Origin: the human T2T-CHM13v2.0 reference genome, Homo sapiens | NCBI RefSeq assembly: GCF_009914755.1 | Contig: NC_060940.1 | Length of the DNA stretch: 64,000 nucleotides | Reading direction: 5' to 3' (one strand) | Shown here: one piece after another, positions 1 through 13,364 of the stretch | Layout of the letters: every line of letters begins with the position of its first letter | Numbering within the stretch: the stretch's first letter is position 1 | Notes under the pieces: model-generated | Told to the model about the DNA's origin: nothing | What the model saw: the letters and a program-made list of their open reading frames with translations, nothing else | The model's database searches: none | Program-made: the position numbers and the translations under genes

Positions 1-135
1 CCATATGTGAGATCTTTCTGTATTATTTCTTAAAACAGCACACCAATCTACAACTACTTCAAAGTTAAAAGCGTAATTAAAATTTACATTACATAATACT
101 TTATTTACTGGGCAGGGTGCCAGTAAATGAGAGTT

Positions 136-404
<269 letters not shown>

Positions 405-469
405 TTAACATGCATTACAGGTCACCTCCAACATATCATACTGAAAGTGTCTTGAAGATAGGAAATATT

Positions 470-799
470 ATTTATTTTATTTAATTAATTTATGTATGTA
501 TTTATTTTGGGGGCAGGTCTTGCTCTATCACCTACGCTAGAGTGCAGTGGCAGAATCCTAGCTCACGGCAGTCTAGAACTCCTAGTTTCAAGCAATCCTC
601 CCTCCTCAGCCTCTGAAGTCACTGGGACTACAGGCACACACCACCATTCCTGCCTAGTTTTTTTTAATTTTTAATTTTCTTGTAGAGACGGGTATTGCCA
701 TGTTTTTCGAGCTGTTTTTCAACTTGTAGGCTCAACCGATCTTCTCACCTCAGCCTCCCAAATCCCTGAGATTAGGAGAGTAAGGCACTCTGCCTGGCC
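470..799 (-). mobile_element. Alu, old AluJ-type
   Basis: Antisense dimer ending TGCCTGGCC; T-rich tail; degenerate TSD ggaaatattattt / agaaacattattt. Confidence 0.9.
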
Positions 800-1341
800 A
801 AGAAACATTATTTAGAGCTTTCAACTACTTTTTTCTGCACCCCCTTCTTGTGACCATGGCTAACGAATCTTAAAAACACCAGTCCCATCATTTCCCATTT
901 CAGCATGTCTATACTTAAAACCTTTCCTTTGCTTTACACTGCTTTTTAATCAAAGATTAGCATAGACTTTGTGGCCCAGTACCAATCATGGCCTGTACAC
1001 TTCTTCAGTAGCATCTCATTCCTCATCGCCTCTCTTTTGGTGCTTCAGGCAAACTGAACAGTTCCTGATCATGTCCAGGTCCTTCCTATACAGGGTTTCC
1101 TGGCTTGGATCCTATGAACACTGGTCTTACTTTCCGAAACACCCTTTAAAAGACTGCAGTCAGTGGAAGTGGAATAAATTTAGTTACATACTATTTAAGG
1201 TTTTAAAATGTGGGCAGTGGGAACATTGTTTGAAAATAAATTTTGCTGGAAAGACAAGGAAGCTATGAAGACAAACTTACCAGAGAGATAATATTTGAAT
1301 CCAGTCTTAAGAAGCTTGTCATATAGTAGGGCTCACCATAA

Positions 1342-2000
<659 letters not shown>

Positions 2001-4225
2001 CAGATGTATGTATCCTCTAGTGTGCTATAAAAGGGTAGCATTTTGGAAATTTTGTTCATGAGTTTCTCAAATGTTAGAAACATATGAAAGTCTGTCATCT
2101 TTAGAAGTCCTTCAAAGAGATTAAAATGCCAGCAATACAGTTGCTTAAATTGGTAAGATTTTTAAAGGCACATATATTTAGTAGTGACTTCTTTTTAAAC
2201 ATGAAGCACAATTTTAACAATGAAAATCCTTAAGCCTATGAGGCATTAGCACTTCTTCCACCCTCCCCTTCTCTAATCAGTTTAATATGTGCTCCATGAA
2301 AAGACACTTTTCATGGAAGCACTTCTTTCCACATATTTTCTTACTTTAATGGCATCAGGAAAATCCCATAATCACTTCACCTCTGGATCAGTTTGTTAGC
2401 TTTCACCAGAACACAGCTATGTGGTTTTAGAATTAAGGAGAGGCAGTAGAGGGAGCTCTGACAGCCTCAATTCTAGGGCCGAAATTTTTCCCTTTCAGTG
2501 AGCCACAATCTCACAGCCTCAATGAAGAACTAACGCCTTGTGAGATCCAATGTGATTTTTGAGAAGAATATTTGAGATAATGCACATAAGACCAAAAGCA
2601 GAAATTGTTTTAATATCCACATTGTGCCCCACTTTTATGAAGATCTTTAAAATCACTATTGATAAAAGACCATCATCTTACCATATGCCTGGGCGACATC
2701 CCCATCCCTTTTCTTGTATCTTTTCTGTTATCTTAAATGTCAAGCATAGATTTCAAAATCAATACCTAAATGTATTTGGTGCAACACTGTAAAATTTAAT
2801 TTGTCTTTCTGATGGAAAAGGAGAACAAAATAACACTCCCTCTTCCCTACTCCTGGCCCCCACTTATTTGTCCTTCTGATCAATAGTAGTCTTGATTTCC
2901 TGGTCTTGAAGCCTAATTCTAATTTACTCTCCTGTGTTCTCCCAAATCTACAGTTTACCATTCCATTGACGTCCCACCTGCCTTTTCTAATCACAAGCCA
3001 GTAGTTTGATGACAGAAAGAGCTAGTGACCTTCTCTGATATAGGTCCCTTAGAAAATTCTCTTCTGGGGTTAGTGCAAGTGACAAGACAAAATTCACAGC
3101 CATTGCTACTAATGACATCTAGCAGCAGCATTAAAAAAGGAAACCTCTTCGCACAGCTAACAAAGGTCATCCAGAAAACACCAGTGCTAGCTTGCAGTGA
3201 ACACCAGAGTCGCTGCCCATCATAAACCCAATTACTCACTCCTGCTGTGTCTCGGGGTATCTGTAACTACTCACCAGCAACCATCCTTGGACTGTGGCCA
3301 CCAATCGTGCCATTGTACTAAAGTCAGGAGAGAGATTTCTTTCTGTGCATTGACCTAAAAGGAAAAAAATAAATTTAAAAAAATACTGAACCTCCCTTCT
3401 GCAATAAAACAAAATGGCTTTCATTGTTCTGCCACATCTTGTCATTCAGACTTAGGATATCACTCCAGCTGATGCTGAACCCTAGGTTTTTTAAAATTTG
3501 TAAAACAAGGGTAATAATGTCCATAGCAAAAGGCTTTGTAAGCATCAGAGATGATGTATGCAGTGCTTGACACAATGATTGGCACAATGAGAGAGGTTTA
3601 TTAAGATTGTGATATTATGTGTATTGTGATTTCTCATGTCTTTGTCTTACTGAATAATTTGAAAAAGTGTTAAGACATCCATTTAGTTGTTATTATGAAT
3701 TGATGTGATTATTTTTACATGTGCTTGTGCTGTGAGGTACTGAGTCCTAGTAAAAGGACTGTCATCACAAAATGTCCCCAGATGCAAACTGTCCATTTAA
3801 AATAAGTGGTCACCAATTATTCTCCATTCTTTACCTCAGCCAGCCAAGAACTGAAAATGGACTTGGTTAGAATTACAGAAGGAGTAGTAGAGTCAGTGGG
3901 AGAATAATGAGATCCATTTCAAACATTGATCTGGAAGAATCATGAGACTCATCCTAATAACTAAATTCAGAAGTCAGAAGCTAGAGAAAGTTTTCATTTT
4001 ACTTTAGGGTATAGATTTACAAAACCCTTGTTAGATTGCAAAACCATTTTAACTTATCTGTATATGATAATTTTATTGTTTGAAAATTGTCTCCTTGAGG
4101 TTATAGGCACTAACTATCTATAGAGCGTAAGTTAAATGTGGTATTTTCTTTAAGGGATTTTAAAAGTGGAAAACTTAGTGTTTGCTTTGACACTCGTCTG
4201 CAACAAATATAAACTTAGCATCTAC

Positions 4226-4453
4226 TTTTTTTTTTATTATACTTTAAGTTTTAGGGTACATGTGCACAATGTGCAGGTTAGTTACATATGTATACATGTG
4301 CCATGTTGGTGTGCTGCACCCATCAACTCGTCCTTTAACATTAGGTATATCTCCTATGCTATCCCTCACCCCTCCCCCCACCCCATAACAGGCCTCGGTG
4401 TGTGATGTTCCCCTTCCTGTGTCCATGTGTTCTCATTGTTCAATTCCCACCTA
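4226..4453 (-). mobile_element. L1PA 3' end (L1PA4-6-like), heavily 5'-truncated
   Basis: TTATTATACTTTAAGTTTTAGGGTACATGTGCAC...CAATTCCCACCTA; short TSD ctacttt on both sides. Confidence 0.93.
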
Positions 4454-4639
4454 CTTTGTGTATTCTGTTTGTCCTGGAATTATTACGATAAATAAGTTAT
4501 AACCTCAGTTTTCAAAATGCTTATAGTACAAAGGGAAGGCAGGCATTGAAACAATTTTTGTTTAATAACACAATTATTATAGCAAAGTGTAATAGTCATG
4601 GTTAATAGTGATGACAAAAGGCATCACAGATAGTCAACA

Positions 4640-7000
4640 TAGACATACCTCAGAGGTATTGCAGGCTCAGTTCCAGATCACCACAATAAAGCATATATTG
4701 TAGTAAAGCAAGTCACACAGATTTTTTTCTTTTTTGGTGTTTATAAATATCATAAGTCTATTAAATCTACATATAGTCTACTAAGTGTGCAATAGCAGTT
4801 TGTGTAAAAAAGTGTACACACCTTAGTTAAAAAATACTTTATTTCTACAAAAGTTCTAACAATCACCTGAGCCTTTAGCATGTTGCATTCATTTTGCTGG
4901 TAGAGGGTCTTGCCTCACTGTGGATGGCCACTGTCTGATCAGGATGGTCATTGCTAAAGCTGGAGATGGTTGTGGCAATTTCTTAAAATAAGACAACAAT
5001 AAAGTTTGCCACATCAGTTGATTCTTTCTTGTCACAAAAATTTTCCCTGTAGCATGTGATGCTGTTTGATAGCATTTTACTCACAGTAGAACATCTTCCA
5101 AAATTGGTGTCATTCCTCTCAGACTATGCCACTCTTTGTCAACTAACACTATATAACCTTCTAAATCCTTTGCTTTCATTTCAGCAATATTCACAGCAAC
5201 TTCACCAGGAGTAGTTTCCATCTTAGACAATTTCTTTGCTCATTCATGAGAAGCAACACCTCATCTATTAAAGTTTTACCATGAAATAGCACCAATTCAG
5301 TCATATCTTCAGGCTCCATTTCTAATGCTAGTATTCTGTTTATTTCCAGTACATCTACAGTTACTTCTTCCAGCTGAAGACTTAAACCCCTCAAAGTCAT
5401 GCATGAAGGTTGGAATCACCTTCTTCCAAAGTCCTCTTAATGCTGATATTTTGACCTCCTTCCATGAATAATGAATATTCTTAATGGCATCTAGAATAGT
5501 AAACTATTTCCGGAAAGTTTTCATTGTATTTTGCTTAGATCCATCAAGAAAATTACTACCTATGGCAGCTATGGCTTTACAAAATGTCTTTCTTAAATAA
5601 TGAGACTTTAAAGTCAAAATTGTTTCTGATACATGGATTGCAGAATAGATTCTGTGTTATCAGACATAAAAACAAAATAAATCTCCCTCTGTATCTCCAT
5701 CAGAGCTCTTGGTACATTATCAATTAACAGTAATATTTTGAAAGAATTTTTTTTTTAGCAGTAGCTCTCAACAGTAGGCATAAAATATTCAGGAAACCAT
5801 GTGGTAAACAGATATCCTGTCCTCCAGGATTTGTTATTCCATTGATAGAGCACAGGCAGAGTGGAATTAGTATAATTACTAGGGGCCTTAGGATTTTTGA
5901 CATGGTAAATGAACACTGGCATTGACTTAAAATCCCCAGCTGCATTAGACCCTAACAAGAGAGTCAGTCAGTCCTTTGAAGACAGGCATTGACCTCTCCT
6001 CTCTAGTTATAAAAGTCCTAGTTGGTATCTTTTTCTCAATAGAAGACTGTTTCATCAACATAATCTTAGCTAGATCTTCTGGATAACTTGCTGTTGCTTC
6101 TATATCAAGATTTGCTGCTTCACCCTGCACTTTTATGTTGTGTCTATAGCTTCTTTCTTTAAACTTCGTGAATCAACCTCTGCTAGCTTCAAAAATTTCT
6201 TCTGCAGCTTCCTGACCTCTTAGTCTTTATAGAATTGAAGAGAGCCAGGGCCTTGCTCTGGATTAGATTGTTTTGTTTTAAGGAATGCTTTGGCTGGTTT
6301 GATCTTTTATCCGGACCACTCAAACTTTCTCCGCATCAGCAATAAGGTTATTTTGCTTTCTTTAACTTGTATGTTCACTGGAGTAGCACTTTCAGTTTCC
6401 TTCAAGAATTTTTCCTTTGCATTCACACCTTGGACAACTGATTGGACCAGAAGGTCTAGTTTTTGTCCTGTATGGGTTTTTGAAATACCTTCCTTACTAA
6501 GCTTAATTGTTTCTAGCTTTTGATTAAGAATGAGACACGTGACTCTTCTTTTCACTTTGAACACGTGGAGGCCATTGTAGAGTCATTAATTGGCCTAATT
6601 TCAATACTGTTGTGTTTCAGGAATTAGGGAGGTCTAAGGTATGACAGAGAAATGGAGGAACTGCTGATTGGTGGAGCAGTCAGAACACACACGATATTAT
6701 TGACAAAGTTCACTTTCCTACATGGGCACAGTTTGTGATGCCCCACCAAACGATTACAATATTGACATGAAAAATCACTGATCACAGATCACCATAAATG
6801 TATAATGATAATGAAAAAGTTTGAAATATTAAAAGAATTATAAGAATTTTACTCAAAGACACAAAGTGATGACAGGCTGTTGGAAAATTGGTGCTAATAG
6901 ACTTGCTTGATGCAGGGCTGCCATAAACCTTCAATTTGTAAAATAATGCAATATCTTTGAAACACAATAAAGTGAAAAACAATAAAATGAGGTATGCCTT
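4640..7000 (-). mobile_element. Near full-length Tigger1 DNA transposon with decayed pogo/CENP-B-type transposase
   Basis: Both termini present (tAGaCATACCTC... and ...AATAAAATGAGGTATGCCT). ORF fragments LNQKLETIKLSKEG..VNAKEKFLKE (HTH) and [21 protein letters not shown] (DDE region) resemble TIGD1/Tigger1 but are broken by stops and frameshifts. Confidence 0.93.
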
Positions 7001-8004
7001 TGTTTGGTAAGAGAGTTAAAAAGCAGATAGAATTTCACCAGGTTTACAATTTGGATGACAGATTCGGAGGTTTTAGATGTTTTATGTGGTGCAAAAAAAA
7101 AAAAGAAAAAAAAGAAAAAAAAATCTTTACATGTTCTTTTCTTCTCCTTTTGGAAAACTACAAAGACTCTATATATCCAGGGTGGTAGTTAGGGAGTTAG
7201 CAAAGACTAGAACAGAAAGAGGCAGCTACCAGGACAGTCTGAGATTCTGACATTAGCAGAAAGGAAAAAAAGGAAAACCAAGTTACCAAGAAGGAACTGA
7301 GAAATAACCCACAGTGGAAAGTAGAATGATCTATGGCTTTTTTTCCACTATATTATTTCTCAACATCATAATCGTCTTATATATTCAGATCCATAGGGGT
7401 CTTTGACTTTTCCTAAAAAAGTTGATTTTGACAGCATTTAAACAATGTTTTATAGTGACAACTCAGGGCCCTCTAGGAAAGAATATCATGTTATCTACAT
7501 GAGCATGTTTCTAAACTGGTAAATGACAGGAATTCCTATCCTGTGCCTCACATCGTGCACTGCCTATGTTGGTAATTATATGCTATTCTCTCTTATGAGA
7601 CTAAGACATTCAAGGGTAAGAGTACTATTTTATTTACTTTGAATGAACATCTTGGGGTGATCACTAAAATTGTTTTTAGTATCAGTGCATGCCCGGAGTC
7701 TAAGAATCTTGGAATAAGTGGAGATTTCTGAGACAAGGTGTTCATTTCAAAATGATAGGGGATATCACAGCTAAGGTTGCTACAGAAGGTAATTCCAACA
7801 TGGTACTCTAACAGGAGGGGTGGAAGGTGTAGTCAGGGGAAATTTAGAATGTCACACAATGGAAGAATCAGAAATATTTTCAAGAAGCACTACAAATCAA
7901 TTGTGATAAACTAGGGCTCCAGCAAGTACCAGAAGGCTGAATCTGACAATATCAGGTTAAGAACAATTATCATTGCTCCTAACAACACTAACTACAACGT
8001 AAGG

Positions 8005-8175
8005 GGCCTGAGTTTAGACTTTGTAGGACATAATTCAAATCCTGGCTTTTTCATATTATTGTTTCATACCCGTGAACAGCTATTTAATATAACTAAGCTT
8101 TAGGTTCCTCAACTGTAAAAAAAGAGAGACATATATTTATTCTTCAAAGTGATTGCAATGATTTGTTGGGATTAT
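8005..8175 (+). mobile_element. MIR fragment
   Basis: TTCAAATCCTGGCT...TTCCTCAACTGTAAAA core. Confidence 0.6.
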
Positions 8176-8929
8176 GTCTCACATAATATATGGATCTTAT
8201 CCCTGCTCTTTCTTTCATGCTGAGATAGAGAACTACACACAGTCCCACATCTAGGTACCAAGGCAGGTCTCTAGTAAGTGTTGAATTGAGCTTTAATATA
8301 GTGCATAGTTTGTGCTAAACCTTTAATTAATACTTGATACAGCAAATGAAATGATATAATCACTTTTCAATGTTAGGAAGCCATAGATGATTCAGGTTTA
8401 CTGATAATTTCATTAAAAACAAATGCCATTGAAATAGATTACTCCATTCCTCTCTTTTTATAGAGGAACAAGGACAGAGATTAAGCATGTAGACAGAGCA
8501 AGGCTAAAAATTATACTGTGGCAATAGATTTTTAATTGTTCTCTTTTTACATTTTTCTCTTTAAGAGTTAAGTTGAATAGATAATCCAAGAGGTCCTTAG
8601 GGTAATATTTATTCTTTGTTTGGCTCCAAATAATTCAATGACTGTTCTTTCAGATCTATGGTTTTCAAAATGTTTTATGCAATAACACACAACATATCTC
8701 AGGGTGGTGTTTTGTTTGTGTGTGGTGTGTGCCTGTATACAAGAGTATTTTTTCTGCATATATTCTCCACAGATGCAGATTTATTTGATTTGAAGTAGAA
8801 TAAACACATGTGGATTTTCACATGGAACAAAGGGAATTGGGAGGCAGGGTGTTTGTCTTCCTATTTGAGAAATACTATTTGCATTCAATCCTTTACTTTT
8901 CAATAATTTATCCAGTAAAATTATTTTAA

Positions 8930-9450
8930 AGTAATAATATAATAAACATCTGAGTGCCACAGCCTGACTAAATAAAATGGTAAGATTTTGCCATTGGCTT
9001 CATGGTTATTAAAATGGAATTGTGATTTCCTTTGTAAATTCTCCCTGATTCTATTCCCATCTCCCTACTCAAATGTAATCAATCTCCTAATGTTTTTCTC
9101 TATTCCATTCCTACAAATGTTTATTATACTATTATTATTTATTTATGCAGCTATAATCTATGTTTGCAGTTGCTTTTCATGTTCTCAGACTTTATATAAT
9201 GTTATCATACAGCATGAATCATTCAGCATTTTGCTTTTTTTAGTAAATATTATAATTTGCGGATACTGGTGCACACATTGCCAGTTCATTCACTTCAATT
9301 ACAGCACAGGATTCTGGTCCATGAATATCTCATACTTTATTTATCTGTATCCAATTGATGTGTATTTAGTTCCAATTTTTGCTGTTAAAAACAATGCTGC
9401 AATTAAACCCTCTGGTATATGTTTTTCTAAATGTATTCCTAGAAGTCACA
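8930..9450 (-). mobile_element. Old L1M (L1ME-like) 3' region fragment
   Basis: TTCCAATTTTTGCTGTTAAAAACAATGCTGCAAT and neighbouring antisense L1 3'UTR motifs. Confidence 0.6.
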
Positions 9451-10851
9451 GATTTTCTGGATGTCACTCTTTAAAATTACTTGGAAAAACAGTGAGAATT
9501 TTGGGCAATTTACTTAATTTGACCTGGCTCAATTTCCTTGCCTAAAAAATGAGGGTAGTAAGTCCTATAAGATTTAATTAAAAACTAAATGGTCATCTTT
9601 TGTGAAACATTAGCAAATTATGATAACAAATGGTCTCTCTCATTTTTTCTTTCTCATCCTAAATTGTATCTATAGACAGAGAACTGAACACACAGGGCTG
9701 CCACTGAGGCATTCAGCATTTCATGTGTTTATCTAAGTCAGAGAAGTCACCCATATAAATGAGAAACATCTGCATTCTGTCTGAGTTTGTCTGACTAACT
9801 TTTACATTGATATTCAAAATCATCATCTTTGAATTTCTGATTTTGTGACCCACACGTATGGGTGGTGTGTCTGTGTTTCTCTGATTTTCAAAAAGAAAAA
9901 GAAAACAATGCTACTGAATCTTATTTCTTATTCTGTTCCATCTCTCCTCCTCTATTTTACATTCATTTGCTTGTCCTTGCTGAGGCTTCTCAGGCTTTTC
10001 AACCAAATGCAAACATTAAATGAAGGTTTTCCTGCAATTTCAAAGCAAAGAAATTACCCTAAAGGGAGAGAAGGTAATTGTTGATTGTCCACAAACATAG
10101 TGAGGCTCAGCATGCATATTTGGAAGGAGAAAGGGAGGTCTGAGCTAAGAATAAGAGTGCAGGACAGTGGTGCTGCCTGATACAAGTTGTTAGGACAGGG
10201 TAGGGAGAAAATCAAAGAATAAAGATGATATTCTTAATATGTATGTAGATAGCTCCGTCATGAGAACCTTGTCTCCTTCACAAGACAGAGCACAAAACTG
10301 CCTATGTTTGGGGATTTCAAGGTTATAAGAAGGGCCAGTGTCACACTTCATTTACCCCTGCCTCAGATAATCTTGTGTTCTGTCTGACTGTTGATCCTTG
10401 ATCCCTTCCCCATCATGACACAGCCTATGTTTTAGCCACCAAACTAAAAATTATATGCATAATTTTACAGAATGCGCATTTTTAGAAAATGCATATAGCA
10501 TAAATATAATTTTCCCTTTGGCCCAGAAATTCTACATCCCTAAATATAAATATATAATAATGCTGTAAAACCAGGAGAAATATTTATATGATAAGATATT
10601 TATTTCCACATTCTTTAGAACTGAAAAAAAGTGGAAATCATTAAATGCATGATAACTAGGCAATAAATAACCTAAGTAGCATATATCTATGTTAGAGGAT
10701 ATTATAGTGCCTTTAAATTGAACTTTATAAAAAATTTAGAATTTGTGAACATGGGGAAAAGCTTCTCACATCAAGAAAAGGAAGCAAAATATAATAATAA
10801 TGCAAGAGGATTTCAACTGAGTAAATACTCAAACTACAAATAAAGTAGGCA

Positions 10852-11140
10852 GGCGAGGTGCAGTGGTTCACACCTGTAATCCCAGCAGTTTGGGAGGCCA
10901 AGGCAGGAGGACTGCTTGAGCCCAGGAGCTTGAGACTAGCCTGAACAATACAGTGAGTCCTCATCTCTAAAAAAAAATTTTAAAGATTAGTCAGGAGTGG
11001 TGGTGTGCCCCTGTAGCTCCAGCTACTTGGGAGGCTGAGGCAGGAGGATCACTTCAGCCCCAGGAAGCAGAGGTTATCATGAGTCTGTGATTGTACCACT
11101 GCACTCCAAAAGAAAAGACCCTGTCTCAGAAAACAAAAAG
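10852..11140 (+). mobile_element. AluJ inserted in an old L1M fragment (~10480-11250)
   Basis: GAGGACTGCTTGAGCCCAGGAG (J-type); small deletion near the 3' end. Confidence 0.9.
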
Positions 11141-12816
11141 TACATAATATAAATGAGGGATGAAAATAAAAGCAAAAATGTAAATATTTTGTTTTACTTT
11201 TAATACTAAATGCATTTGTCTTCATATTTTTGTGTATTTTTATTCTATTGCCACAATAGGTATATGCTGATTTCACAGACAGAAAAAAAGTCTAAGTTAT
11301 TGTGAAAATAAAGTATTGCCATTATTTATGGATAGTTTTATTGTGAGATGAGATAACTTGAACAGTATCCAAAAAAAAAGAAAAAGAAATATATTTCTTC
11401 ACAGGTTGTCCGGCCACAAAGCCAGTCAAATGATTGGAATTTGACAGCCTCATTTATAAAGTGAGGCTGTATAACCAGATCTGCCCATGGGTCTACCCCC
11501 ACTAGATTCATGGTCTACAGAGGTCCTAGGGGAAAAACGCACAGATAAGGGTGAGGATGTTTTACAGACATTCATTATTAAACAATGATCCACACTGTGC
11601 CAAAGCAGTCTTACTTTTTTTTTTTTTTTTTATGTGGGGTAAAAGGGCATGTTTTATTGCCCCTAAAATTTCTCTCTGGCCTAAAGATGTTGAACAGATG
11701 CAGAGCAGAGGGAGTCTCCCTTGAGTGGGCTTCTTCAGCAAGTGGTGTGGAAAATGAGTGAGCTTTCAAGTGAAACTGGTAATTTGAAAGAATGTCGGAT
11801 GTCTCTTAATCTGCTTCCTAAAATTTTAAGTAAAATAAGCATCACTCTTCTTATGGGGCTGCTTTGAAGAATAATATGGATGACATCTGTGAAATACCTT
11901 TAAAGCATGGTTTGCAATGGAATCAAAACTTTGCCAACTAGTGGCAAGCATTCTGCTCTTTCTGTTTCCATTGGAGGAAAGGATTATGCAATATGCAATT
12001 TGAGAACACAAATGAGCTAAAATAGTAAACAAGGAATAAGGGTGAAAGGTGGCAAATCATAACATTAAGAGAAAACAAGTAAGCAAAAACAACAATAATA
12101 AAAACAGTCACTTCCAATTACTGTTTACTGACGCAAAGTGATTTCTAGTTACCAATCATAATTTAACTTGCTGTCAAAAGATTAGAAAGACCCCATAATA
12201 ACTAATATGGTTTCCCTCTTGTTATGAACCCAATGTTGACAGAAAGCCTCTTGAGTACTATGAGGCAGGCACAAAGATATTCGTTTCAGAATTGCTTTAG
12301 TAGTGAAACTCTGGAAACTAAATGCCTATCAAAAGAGGAATAGAAAAAATATAATTGCTATATTACTGTATTGACAGCTACATGGTGGGCAAAAGCCATG
12401 GGTTAGGCCTCTAGAGCAAGGGGTAGATGTGAACCTCTATGTCATATATGAATAAAAATATTCGCTATCTCCAGAAATTATGTTTATCTCAGAAACAACA
12501 CACATGAAAGAATTCAAGGGCTGTAAGACCTTTGCACTCTCTGGGAATTTGAAAGGTAGTAATTAGTAATAATATATAATATGTATGAGATATAGGTAAC
12601 AACATCATTACCACCAATCACGACAATAACAGTAACAATAATGATAATAAAATAATATATAACTAACAATCTAAGGAGTGTAAGAAAATAAAAGTAATAG
12701 GTAAATCTAAAGAAGGGCAGAAAAGAGAAAATAAATAAAAACAAAAAAATTTGGAACAAATAAAAACATATAATTGAAGTACTTTGAACACAAATGTTGT
12801 AAATCCAAGCTTTTCC

Positions 12817-13146
<330 letters not shown>

Positions 13147-13149
13147 ATC

Positions 13150-13362
13150 CAAGCCTTTCCAACCCGAGGCCCACAGGCCACATGCGGCCCAAGATGGTTT
13201 TGAATGTGTCCCAAGAGAAATTCATAAATTTTCTTAAAACATTATGTTTCTTTTTTTTGTAATTTCTTTTAGCTATTGTTAGTGTTAGTGTATTTTATGT
13301 GTGGCCCAAGACAATTGTTCTTCCATTGTGGCCCAGGGAAGCCAGAAGGTTGGACACTCCTG
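13150..13362 (-). mobile_element. MER30 (hAT-Charlie MITE)
   Basis: GTTAGTGTTAGTGTATTTTATGTGTGGCCCAAGACAATT..GGCCCAGGGAAGCCA..TTGGACACTCCTG is the reverse complement of the recalled MER30 5' end. Confidence 0.88.
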
Positions 13363-13364
13363 AA

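Noticed and set aside
5191-6564. Possible domesticated TIGD-like transposase gene
   Set aside because: Fragmented across frames with stops and deletions inside an ordinary TIR-bounded Tigger1 copy
8988-9545. Longest ORF (185 aa, hydrophobic)
   Set aside because: Non-ATG start; T-rich antisense strand of an old L1M; F/I/L bias is compositional
11444-11470. Hairpin ACAGCCTCATTT-ATA-AAGTGAGGCTGT
   Set aside because: Only 9 perfect pairs plus 3; too short for a pre-miRNA and plausible by chance in 64 kb
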